From: a virus
Direction: 5' to 3' (one strand)
DNA length: 64,000 bases
IMG/VR virus record: IMGVR_UViG_3300029911_000010
Coordinates: 1-64,000 of that record
Shown: one piece after another, positions 39,141 through 47,162 of the stretch
How positions within the stretch are numbered: position 1 is the stretch's first letter
Layout of the letters: the number at the start of each line of letters is the position of its first letter
Notes under the pieces: model-generated
Database searches by the model: none
What the model saw: the letters and a program-made list of their open reading frames with translations, nothing else
Told to the model about the DNA's origin: nothing
Translations under genes and position numbers: made by a program

Positions 39141-40478
39141 CTAAATCAGTCTGAAACCAGGGTACCTTTTGTCGTCTTTCAGAGCGCACATGTCAGCCCG
39201 GAGCATGACTAACTCAAGCTCGGACGCCGACCGTTTACGCTCGGGAAAGAAAAACTCATTGGGCGGGGTGATCTGCGAACATTCAGCCATGTCAAAACGG
39301 CACTGGACGCCGGGCATCTGGACGGCAAATTCCTTGTGGGTGTAGTACAGGAAGCTGTTTTTGTTGAAGCGGGTCTTGTGGTTGGGGTTCATGTCAGCCA
39401 GCAGCGGCGTGACGATCCTGGGGTCGGCGATGCGGCCGGTCATCTGACCGGCGGCGTTGGTTTCGATAATGACGCGGGGATCGGCGATGTAAGGCGTGGT
39501 GTCGGGCACCCTGACGCTCAGCCAACCGGTCGGCACCAGCGCTCGATAACAGCTGTTCATGAAACCAACCTGGTACTCCTTGGGGATCATTTCCATGACG
39601 TGACTGGCAATGATATGGCCGTAGCGGTTGGTGCCGTTGATGCCGGGCTTGTCGGGAGCCCAGCGGCCGTTGGTCCATTCCACTTCCAGATCCAGCAACG
39701 GCAGTTTACTGCGCCGGCACCATTCAGTGATTAACGGATAGAGGTAGTTACGCCGGTTGACGGCGGTTTGGGTCTGAATCGCCTGGCTGCGCAGCTTAAC
39801 GGTGTTGGAGTCATGCACGCGATACAGATAGCCGCAGTGATTGGTGTAGTGAAACTTAGCCCCAGAAATATAAGTTCGGCAGATCAGATCGTGATCGTCG
39901 CCGACGCTGAGCTTGGGATCGTGGCCGCCGGCATTGTAGTAGGCTTCCCGGCTCCAGGCCCGGACATGATCCGGAGCGAAATAGACTTCACAGAGCGACC
40001 GGGGTGTGATGTCAAACATCCGGGTGGCGATGTAGCGGATGCCGTAAAACTCCACCGGGTAGTTCTCCCAGCCGTAGGCCGTGCTGTAGCCCCAGGTCTC
40101 GATTGACTCGTCATGCCGCAGGAACACTGCCACGTCGCTGTAGACGAAGCCAGCGCCGCCGGCGATGCCCTCGGCGACCTTGGCCAGGGTGTCGGGGGTG
40201 AGCAGATCGTCGTGGTCCATCTCCAGAAAGGCGTCGCCCTTGCATAGGTCGCAGGCTTCGGCCTTGAGGGCTCCGATATTATCGCTGTTGCACTGGCTGT
40301 CGAAGACCTTGATGCGCTCGTCATCCAGGTTCAGCTTCTGCCCCTTGGCCGGGCCATTTAGCACGATAACCCATTCCCAGGTGGGATAGTTCTGCAGCTT
40401 GATGGCGTCGTAGACGTCGTTGAGAAACTTTGGGTTGTTGGTTGGCGTAAACAGGCTGATCAAAGGTTTGTTTGTCAC
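39141..40478 (-). CDS. GT2 glycosyltransferase fused to a degenerate methyltransferase-like domain
   Basis: ISLFTPT, WEWVIV, EMDHDD (DxD), GDDHDL, YLYRVH; C-terminal ASHVMEMI..YRALVPTGWLSVRVP..NPNHK. Confidence 0.85.
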   Translation of the reverse strand: MTNKPLISLFTPTNNPKFLNDVYDAIKLQNYPTWEWVIVLNGPAKGQKLNLDDERIKVFDSQCNSDNIGALKAEACDLCKGDAFLEMDHDDLLTPDTLAKVAEGIAGGAGFVYSDVAVFLRHDESIETWGYSTAYGWENYPVEFYGIRYIATRMFDITPRSLCEVYFAPDHVRAWSREAYYNAGGHDPKLSVGDDHDLICRTYISGAKFHYTNHCGYLYRVHDSNTVKLRSQAIQTQTAVNRRNYLYPLITEWCRRSKLPLLDLEVEWTNGRWAPDKPGINGTNRYGHIIASHVMEMIPKEYQVGFMNSCYRALVPTGWLSVRVPDTTPYIADPRVIIETNAAGQMTGRIADPRIVTPLLADMNPNHKTRFNKNSFLYYTHKEFAVQMPGVQCRFDMAECSQITPPNEFFFPERKRSASELELVMLRADMCALKDDKRYPGFRLI

Positions 40479-40675
40479 TAGATCACCAGATGAATCTTTG
40501 TTTGAGACAGATCGGCGGGAAGATCGCATTGCAAGTCGACGTGAAGGATCTGCCCGTCGTATTCCATGTCCTGAATTTTTACGTCGACGCCGTACAGCGT
40601 TTTAATCAAATGACAGCGCAGAATCAACCACAGGACAGCGTCGCCAACGGTAGCTTGAGGTTCTGATTCAAACAT
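40478..40675 (-). CDS. Small hypothetical protein
   Basis: 65 aa; stop overlaps the GT start (TAGTG). Confidence 0.5.
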   Translation of the reverse strand: MFESEPQATVGDAVLWLILRCHLIKTLYGVDVKIQDMEYDGQILHVDLQCDLPADLSQTKIHLVI

Positions 40676-40758
40676 AGCGATGAGTGTAACAAGACGGCGT
40701 CGCCAACGGTAGCTTGAGGTTCTGATTCAAACATAGCGATGAGTGTAACAAGACGGCG
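40638..40758. repeat. Perfect 59-bp tandem duplication
   Basis: gcgtcgccaacggtagc...gtgtaacaagacg at 40638 and 40697. Confidence 0.95.
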
Positions 40759-40858
40759 AGCCTGACCGAAGCCAGGCTCGCCGGGTGCGTCCATGCACTA
40801 TACAAGGCAGCGTCGTGCCGCCAGGCCCTGGGCCGAAGCCCAAAGCTCTAAGCTTCCC

Positions 40859-41239
40859 TTAAGCGGCCACTTGGACGTCGTCGCTGTCCGACGTGTCCCA
40901 GCAGGGGTTGGCCCCTGCCAGCGTGCCGTTGTTGAGAGTCAGCATCTTACTGGCACCGCTGGTCAGGTCGACCATGATCGGTGTCGGTGTGCTGATGATG
41001 GTGATGTCTCCCCGATCGATCGCGTCGGCGAATGCCTGGTGCTGCCGTCGAGCAGTCGAGCGGTCGGGACCCTGCCCGATGGCCTCAAGGATGTTGCCGA
41101 ACACGCTGTACTGCTCGTTGTTGGCGAGCTTGACGCCGTGCGGCGGAAGGAACCCGAAATTGCGTTCCTGGCCGCAGGTATTCTGTACCGTGCTGGTCAG
41201 GCAAGATTTGTCGAAATGTCCGGATCGTTCACTCATTGT
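40859..41239 (-). CDS. Small putative virion protein
   Basis: Start MSERSG after CAGGAG; ends DTSDSDDVQVAA. Confidence 0.65.
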   Translation of the reverse strand, partial: TMSERSGHFDKSCLTSTVQNTCGQERNFGFLPPHGVKLANNEQYSVFGNILEAIGQGPDRSTARRQHQAFADAIDRGDITIISTPTPIMVDLTSGASKMLTLNNGTLAGANPCWDTSDSDDVQVAA

Positions 41240-41322
41240 AATTCTCCTGATTTCAAAGTTCGCAGGCAACCACCGGCGGATAAATTTGAGCCCAAACTCC
41301 GCCGGCAGTCGCCATCGATTCG

Positions 41323-41769
41323 TTAAGCCCGTGCAGCGGGCTGTTGATATTGCGTGGCTTGGGCTGCCTTGATCGTCAGGATCGAGTTGTAGAGCAGCGG
41401 GTTCTGCGCCAGACTGGCGGCAGCCTGCTTAACTGCAACGGCGTGCTCCTGGGTGGCGGCGGCCTTCGTCCGGCCATTCATGCCGTTGGCGCTCATGTAG
41501 CCGTCCAGCTCGGCGATCATCTTGCCGAACGGACTGGGATTGGCGGCAGCGGCTTGCTTCTGGTAGCGGGGGTCTTCTTCGATGGTTCGCAGGCGGGAAG
41601 CCAGGTCCAGGAGTTCCTGGGCCTGAATCTGGTCAGCAGGGGCGATGCCGGCGCTGGCCAGCTTGCTGAAAAATACTTCAGCGCTGACGTTGGTGAAAAG
41701 AGTGTTGTAGGCCGTCTGGAAGTCGGGAAGGGCCGGGGTCGATGCTTGGGCTTGAGTTTGGGCAGACAC
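41323..41769 (-). CDS. Ala-rich K-x-A head-associated protein
   Basis: GTG start after hairpin RBS; KQAA, KAAA, KQAA, KAAQ. Confidence 0.7.
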   Translation of the reverse strand: MSAQTQAQASTPALPDFQTAYNTLFTNVSAEVFFSKLASAGIAPADQIQAQELLDLASRLRTIEEDPRYQKQAAAANPSPFGKMIAELDGYMSANGMNGRTKAAATQEHAVAVKQAAASLAQNPLLYNSILTIKAAQATQYQQPAARA

Positions 41770-41890
41770 GATAGTCCTCCGTGACAAGTTACAGGCCCGA
41801 TCCTTTCAGGCCACTGCATGAATATTAACCGGCAGGGGGCAGGGGATGCAAGCGCCGATGGTTTACAAAGGTTGTTTTGCGATAGCTAAA

Positions 41891-41916
41891 GAAAAGCCGC
41901 CGGGTGGCGGCTTTTC
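41891..41916 (-). terminator. Intrinsic terminator (possibly bidirectional)
   Basis: gaaaagccgcc-gggt-ggcggcttttc. Confidence 0.65.
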
Positions 41917-41999
41917 GATGATGATCACTTGTCAGGTGACGAATCTGTCGGATGGGATGAATCTGTCGGACGGGTGGCAGAGTCGACGACAACAAAAGG

Positions 42000-42617
42000 T
42001 CAGTCGTTTTCGACTTTCGTATCATCCAGCACGTCGCTTCCACATACCGGACATATATCGTCTTCAGCGCCAAGCGTGAAATCGCAAGACGTGCAAACCC
42101 TGCCGCCGTGCGATTTTGCCGCCGTACGATTGAGTTCAGTGTCGGCAATGTATCTCTCGCGTGATCGTCTGTGCATCTCGTCGTAGCAGCTGCACGGTTC
42201 CAGCGCTGCGTACCTGTTTGCCGCGATACAGCCGGGACATCGGTAATAATGCAACGGCTCTGCACCGTAGGAGGATACACGTTGCAGTATCGATAAAATG
42301 CGCAACTGCGGAGTATCGACGCTGGTGATCACGCTATTGAAGTAAGCTGATTTCACCAATCCTTCAATTTTCATCACTTCGTTGATCATCATCAGATAGA
42401 AAGCGACGCAGCATTCAGGCACGTTTGAATGCAAACCGCACGTCGCGTCGTGTACCGTCTTGGGATCGTTGGTTGATAGTCCGAGACGACGTACCAGATC
42501 GACGCCTTCGGGGGATGACTTGAAATCGAATTTATATTTCTTCACGGGAAACTCCAGGTTAGTAGTCTTTGTGGTCGCAAAGCCAGTCGACAACATGAGA
42601 CGCGTGCAGACACTCAC
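42000..42617 (-). CDS. Cys-rich hypothetical protein with C-terminal zinc ribbon
   Basis: CTSC...CPVCG; start uncertain. Confidence 0.6.
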   Translation of the reverse strand: MSVCTRLMLSTGFATTKTTNLEFPVKKYKFDFKSSPEGVDLVRRLGLSTNDPKTVHDATCGLHSNVPECCVAFYLMMINEVMKIEGLVKSAYFNSVITSVDTPQLRILSILQRVSSYGAEPLHYYRCPGCIAANRYAALEPCSCYDEMHRRSRERYIADTELNRTAAKSHGGRVCTSCDFTLGAEDDICPVCGSDVLDDTKVEND

Positions 42618-42813
42618 AATCTACTACTTCGCCACTGGTTCCGGAATAGATTGTGACATCACACATTTGGGTCTCGTAGTTTAATCTGACCGTGAACAAA
42701 CACGGATGCTCACGCGGTGTGACAAATGTTCCAGCCATGTCGCAAGCTACGTGTGAAAGCAAATCAAAATTAGGTTCTTGCATGATGCCTTTGGGTTGAA
42801 TGACAGGGGTCAA
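42559..42813 (-). CDS. Small hypothetical protein
   Basis: ORF coupled to upstream gene. Confidence 0.5.
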   Translation of the reverse strand: MTPVIQPKGIMQEPNFDLLSHVACDMAGTFVTPREHPCLFTVRLNYETQMCDVTIYSGTSGEVVDCECLHASHVVDWLCDHKDY

Positions 42814-43037
42814 TTGTTATCGTTTTCTGGTTCTGGTCCCCATTCCTCGGTGTCGGGGCCGATCAGTTCCAGGTTGGGGAGAGCGTCGAGGTTTTCCATC
42901 CGCTTGCCGGTTACCTCGCGGATGGCATTGCGAAGTTTGCGGGCCAGCTGCCGGTAATGCTTGTAAGGCGGCTGCGACTCCAAGGATTTGATCAGCTCTT
43001 TCACAACCGGGCCGGGAATCTTGGCATAGCTCTTCAT
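42810..43037 (-). CDS. Small hypothetical protein
   Basis: TAAGGAG RBS. Confidence 0.65.
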   Translation of the reverse strand: MKSYAKIPGPVVKELIKSLESQPPYKHYRQLARKLRNAIREVTGKRMENLDALPNLELIGPDTEEWGPEPENDNN

Positions 43038-43621
43038 GAGGCTCCTTATTTTTTACGGCGCTCATTCATCCACTGATCCATCGTCTTACCGTCGAACACG
43101 TCTCGCTCGACTTCGTCCATGCTGTTCAAGATGAACATCCGTACGAGCAGCAGGACACAGAACAAAATAACAAGGCCAACGACCATCGTGCCGATAACTT
43201 CCATGTAGACTCCTGGTTAGCGGGTAAGAAAAATCCGCAGTCGACGCGATGGGATGAAAGTCTATACGACCAACCGCTGCGGAGCCGGCCGGAGTACGTG
43301 CAAGCTCTCTACGGAAGCTCGCAGTCCCGTCTAAACACAGCATTGGGGACCTGCCGCGTCATCGCTCACGTCAATCACGATTACGTTTCAATCATACGTC
43401 GCGGGGGCTTAGTTTCGTCAGATGCTTTTTGCAAAGCCACGATCGCATTCAAAGCAGCCGCCAACACGGACACGGATCGATAGGGGATTGTAACGCGGAC
43501 AATTTCTGTGCCGCCAAGCAAGGGATCGGTTGTGATCACCAGCTGCGTTGCCGCTTCATTATCTTCAACACCTATGAATGGTTCCAGTGAAAGTCAACTC
43601 AGGTAAGGATGCGACGTTGAC

Positions 43622-43840
43622 TCAGTCGGCCAGCTTCAAGTTCAAATCGGCCAGCACGCGTTCGATTTCACGCAAGCTGACCCGACCGAAATTCTTGTAA
43701 GCCAGAAGGTCATCAGGCGTCTTTGCGATAAGCTCTCTGATGGTGTTGACGTTGGCCTTGAACAAACATCTGCGGGCTCGATGTGATGACAAGTGCAACA
43801 GTTCGACGCTGCGATCGAGAACATTGATTTCTTCTGACAT
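43622..43840 (-). CDS. Stand-alone RNA polymerase alpha C-terminal domain protein
   Basis: LDRSVELLHLSSHRARRCL..NVNTIRELIAKTPDDLLAYKNFGRVSLREIERVL matches the RpoA CTD pattern (L.L.VR..NCL...I.DL......LLK..N.G.KSL.EI...L). Confidence 0.9.
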   Translation of the reverse strand: MSEEINVLDRSVELLHLSSHRARRCLFKANVNTIRELIAKTPDDLLAYKNFGRVSLREIERVLADLNLKLAD

Positions 43841-43928
43841 GGAAACTCCGGGTTAGAGGTCACTGGGTAGGGGAATGCCCGCGTGGGCTAAACTCTCTCA
43901 TTTCTTTTGACGCATTTCAAGTTGAAAT

Positions 43929-44960
43929 TTACGTCGCAACCGCCTGAGCCGTAACATGCGGGCATTGGCCGTAGATATGCTTGGCTTTGTTACAGTTAGA
44001 ACACAACAGTTGCCAATTGTCCTTCGGAAATCCGGCAGCTTTAAGCCGGCGGTAAAGCCTTAATCCGCCGCTGCCGTGTGCTCGACGATCATCAGCCCCC
44101 TTACCGTCGATGTGATCAATTTCTAGAAACTGCGGCAATGTTTCCGGACAACCAGGACACGAACATTTACTACCGTAGGCTTCGATGATTTCGGCGCGGA
44201 GTCGATCATGCTTGCGATTAGATTTTTTCCGACTCATTATCAAATGCCGCTCACACATTGTCTTGTCTTCGACTGCAAGTTGATCACAGTGCTGGGCAAC
44301 ACAAATCCCTTTGTCTTTCCGATTAGCGTAATCGTTCTTGTCTTCTTCTCGACAGTCGTCGCAATACCTATTGACTCCGTTGGTCGGTTTATCGCATTGC
44401 GTGCATTTGCCAGCCTGCTGTCGCTCCGCTGTTTTCTGCCGCCTTACTTCTCGGCACTGATCACATCGGACAGTCCCCGGTTCAACATAAGCCGGGCAGC
44501 TTTGACACAGACCGGCACGAAGACGAGCGTTGTAACGCGGAATATCTTCGATTCGTTCCAGCTGCAAAGCGTAACAGTACCGACAACGATCCTGCTCGGC
44601 ATCAATGTAAAACGCGCCGCATTCGATGCAAATCCCCTGAGCAAGCCGCTCAGCGGATTCGGTCTCTTTGATCGCTTGAGATTGCACGGCAAGTTCGGCA
44701 GCAGTCATAATCTGCCGGTTTCGTTGCTTTATAAGACACAGATCACAGTAAACTGAATCAACACCGGCCGGTTGTGTACAGCCAGTCGTCACGCATAAAC
44801 CGGTCTGCTTGCGTCGAAGATATTTCTCGTGATCTTTTTGCTTAGCGACATCTGTGTGATACTGACATCTAGCTTTTCCCGGTAAAGCCGGTTGACTGCA
44901 CGAACAACATAAACCCCGTTCACGCCGACTTCGTTGTACATCTGCCGAATGAATCGCCAT
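43929..44960 (-). CDS. HNH endonuclease with six N-terminal Cys4/Cys3His zinc-finger repeats
   Basis: G[LIK]C-x2-4-C-x~10-C-x2-[CH] six times; LEIDHIDG...QLLCSNCNKAK. Confidence 0.85.
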   Translation of the reverse strand: MAIHSADVQRSRRERGLCCSCSQPALPGKARCQYHTDVAKQKDHEKYLRRKQTGLCVTTGCTQPAGVDSVYCDLCLIKQRNRQIMTAAELAVQSQAIKETESAERLAQGICIECGAFYIDAEQDRCRYCYALQLERIEDIPRYNARLRAGLCQSCPAYVEPGTVRCDQCREVRRQKTAERQQAGKCTQCDKPTNGVNRYCDDCREEDKNDYANRKDKGICVAQHCDQLAVEDKTMCERHLIMSRKKSNRKHDRLRAEIIEAYGSKCSCPGCPETLPQFLEIDHIDGKGADDRRAHGSGGLRLYRRLKAAGFPKDNWQLLCSNCNKAKHIYGQCPHVTAQAVAT

Positions 44961-44972
44961 GACGAACTCCTT

Positions 44973-45010
44973 AAAAACAGAGACCGTTCGAGAATTATCT
45001 CGAACGGTCT
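44973..45010 (-). terminator. Perfect 13-bp hairpin plus U tract after the capsid gene
   Basis: AGACCGTTCGAGA-TAAT-TCTCGAACGGTCT then CTGTTTTT. Confidence 0.7.
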
Positions 45011-45011
45011 A

Positions 45012-45040
45012 AGTCTAGTCAGAGTTGTAAGCGAAGTCAA
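45012..45040 (-). promoter_or_regulatory. Sigma-70-type promoter
   Basis: TTGACT-17 bp-TAGACT immediately after the MCP stop. Confidence 0.55.
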
Positions 45041-45979
45041 TCAGACAAAGTCCGCACGGGCCAGCCCTGACGTGAAGCCAATCGTGCCGCCCATGGTCTC
45101 ATAGGCGAAAAATTCCAACATAAAGGCTTCGCGCCTAATGTACATAGTCGTGTCTTCAAGCACATAGGACTTGCCGATGAACTTGGGATCACTGAACATG
45201 TACATCGTGTTGGTCGGGACCAGACCCTTCTTGATCGTGATCACCCAGGTCTTGCCCATGAACTCCTGGAGCGTCCAGCCGTTCTTCATGATGTCCTGAG
45301 ACAGGTCGCCACCCATCTCGTTGCGGCCGAACTTGCACACATCCTTGATCGTGATGTGGTTGATGAGGATCGTGTGGACCTCCAGCGAGCTGGGGGTGTT
45401 GGGCATGATCTTCATCGCATCTTCCAGCGTATCGCGGGTGATGCCACCGGCAATCACTTCGTACTGGACGACGCCGCTGGTCGGGACAACCAGGCCGGGG
45501 CCGACGATCGCGGTGTTGATGGCGCGGATGAATTTAGAATCTTCCTCTGCCAACATGTCCTTGATCGCGTTATCACTGAGCACCTGGCGGATGTCCATGA
45601 TCCAGGTCCGCAGCTCGTCCACGTCTTTGGTGAAACGGGGCGTGACGATACGGTCGAACATGACGCGGTAGCGGGGACCGCGAATGTACAGGTTCTGCGG
45701 CAAGGTCGCGAACGCGATGCTGATGGCAGCAGGCGAATTCGGTTCCTTGTCGACCACCTTGACCGGCTTGTCGGTGTCGACCTGGCGGTCCAGCTCATCG
45801 TTGCCGATGGGCGTGGCCGGCAGGATGCGGCGGTAAAAGCCGTCTTCACGCATCTTCGTACGCGTGAAGTCGTTGATGGAATCTTCGGCCTGTTTGATCA
45901 GGCCGTTATCACGAGAGCCAAGCTGCTGAAAAAGCGTTTGATTCAGCAGCTTAGTTTCTTCGGGGGAGAGCTGAACCAT
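45041..45979 (-). CDS. Major capsid protein (HK97 fold)
   Basis: 312 aa; REDGFYRRIL, FDRIVTPRFTKDVDEL, AEEDSKFI, FFAYETMGGTIG; follows protease, scaffold and decoration genes. Confidence 0.85.
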   Translation of the reverse strand: MVQLSPEETKLLNQTLFQQLGSRDNGLIKQAEDSINDFTRTKMREDGFYRRILPATPIGNDELDRQVDTDKPVKVVDKEPNSPAAISIAFATLPQNLYIRGPRYRVMFDRIVTPRFTKDVDELRTWIMDIRQVLSDNAIKDMLAEEDSKFIRAINTAIVGPGLVVPTSGVVQYEVIAGGITRDTLEDAMKIMPNTPSSLEVHTILINHITIKDVCKFGRNEMGGDLSQDIMKNGWTLQEFMGKTWVITIKKGLVPTNTMYMFSDPKFIGKSYVLEDTTMYIRREAFMLEFFAYETMGGTIGFTSGLARADFV

Positions 45980-45984
45980 TTTTA

Positions 45985-46026
45985 GATCCTCCGTGATCAG
46001 TTAAAAGTCACCGCCATCCTTGGCGG
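45985..46026 (-). promoter_or_regulatory. Two CsrA/RsmA-type hairpins in the MCP leader
   Basis: GATC-ACGGAG-GATC (45985-45998) and CCGCC-AAGGAT-GGCGG (46011-46026). Confidence 0.75.
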
Positions 46027-46048
46027 CATGAAACACTCTGCCATCAGC

Positions 46049-46591
46049 TTAGGCGCTGGGGGGCAGATACACAGGCCAGAAGGCAACCGCCTCATAGCCA
46101 TAACCGTTGTCGACCAATCCACGCGACACAACGCCGCAGATCGTGTTCGTGCCGAGCGTGCCCGGCGTGAGCATACCTGCCAGCACCGCACCGCTGTTGA
46201 CCAGGGGGCTGGTCAGGTGGGTGTTGGGCGGGTAGGTCTGGGTGTCGTCGTAGTTGGTCGAAACCAACTCGTAGGCACCGACCGCGACCAGGAACATCAG
46301 CACGCCGGTCGGATTGATGGCAATGAAGACGTCCTTGGTGGTCGCAGCATCACCGCCGTCATTCTGCACGTCGGGGTCATCCGACGCCTGGAAATTGAAC
46401 AGCGGCATGACCGGACTGTTACCCACGCCCAAGACCGCGTAGCCATTGGCATTCAGGGAGCAGCAAGCCCCCGGCGGCACACGAGTCTGGACGGACGGAT
46501 CGAACTTGCCCTCGAAATCGAGAGCATTGGGACGCGGCCAGCCCTTGAGGGGGTTGAGCGTCTGGGAAGTCATTTGACGAGGAGCAGCCAT
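46049..46591 (-). CDS. Capsid decoration/cement protein (putative)
   Basis: Start MAAPRQ; beta-rich, immediately upstream of MCP; leader nearly identical to the MCP leader. Confidence 0.7.
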   Translation of the reverse strand: MAAPRQMTSQTLNPLKGWPRPNALDFEGKFDPSVQTRVPPGACCSLNANGYAVLGVGNSPVMPLFNFQASDDPDVQNDGGDAATTKDVFIAINPTGVLMFLVAVGAYELVSTNYDDTQTYPPNTHLTSPLVNSGAVLAGMLTPGTLGTNTICGVVSRGLVDNGYGYEAVAFWPVYLPPSA

Positions 46592-46661
46592 TTTAAGATC
46601 CTCCGTGATCAGTTGGAAACGAGCCATCCATCCTTGGAGGCCCTAATTCGTTGGTGAAAAC

Positions 46662-47126
46662 TTATCCTTCTTTGTTGACGAGCCGTTCGAGACCAAGCCC
46701 GTTGAACAAACGACGATCGGAATCCATCATGTTCGACGTGTGAGCGCCGACCACGACGGTGTTTGGAAGCTTTTCCAGCAACACCGAGCCGCCGTCAGAT
46801 GCCTGCTTCTCGGCGGCACCCAGGCGATCCTTGGGATGGGCGGATTTGAGCTGTGCCAGTTCGGCTTTGGCTTCCGCCAGCTTGGTAACGGCCGAACCGA
46901 GGATGGCCAGCGTTTCGTTGTGGCTGGCCAGCTTGGTGGTCATCGTGTCGGTTTGATTCTTGCCGAGAACGCCGGAATCGACCATCTGCTGGACGAGTCC
47001 GGGAATCCGCTCGGCGGCGGTCTTCTGTGCTCCGCGAATCTCCGTGACTTCGTCCACTGCACGCTTACCCAGCGCACTGGACACTTCTACGAAGCGGAGC
47101 ATGTTGTTTGCGAGTTCGGGTTTCAT
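46662..47126 (-). CDS. Helical K-x-A head/scaffold-associated protein
   Basis: Start MKPEL after hairpin RBS; KTAA, KSAH, KQAS. Confidence 0.65.
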   Translation of the reverse strand: MKPELANNMLRFVEVSSALGKRAVDEVTEIRGAQKTAAERIPGLVQQMVDSGVLGKNQTDTMTTKLASHNETLAILGSAVTKLAEAKAELAQLKSAHPKDRLGAAEKQASDGGSVLLEKLPNTVVVGAHTSNMMDSDRRLFNGLGLERLVNKEG

Positions 47127-47162
47127 TGTGACAGCCTCCATGCTGCTTGTTGGGTTGATTTC

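Noticed and set aside
40638-40758. 59-bp repeat as CRISPR or att site
   Set aside because: Two directly adjacent copies with no spacer; no integrase in the window.
41938-41975. Two-copy 19-nt repeat gaatctgtcggaYggg
   Set aside because: Only two copies in a spacer, with no further instances or functional clue.
43393-43590. ~60-codon minus-strand frame (LEPFIGVEDNEAATQLVI...)
   Set aside because: Looks protein-like but is preceded by an in-frame stop with no standard start or RBS at its 5' end; not supportable.
38500-43620. A csrA gene among the small ORFs
   Set aside because: None shows the MLxLxR..E.I.IG...GI.AP pattern, so the regulator must be elsewhere or host-encoded.
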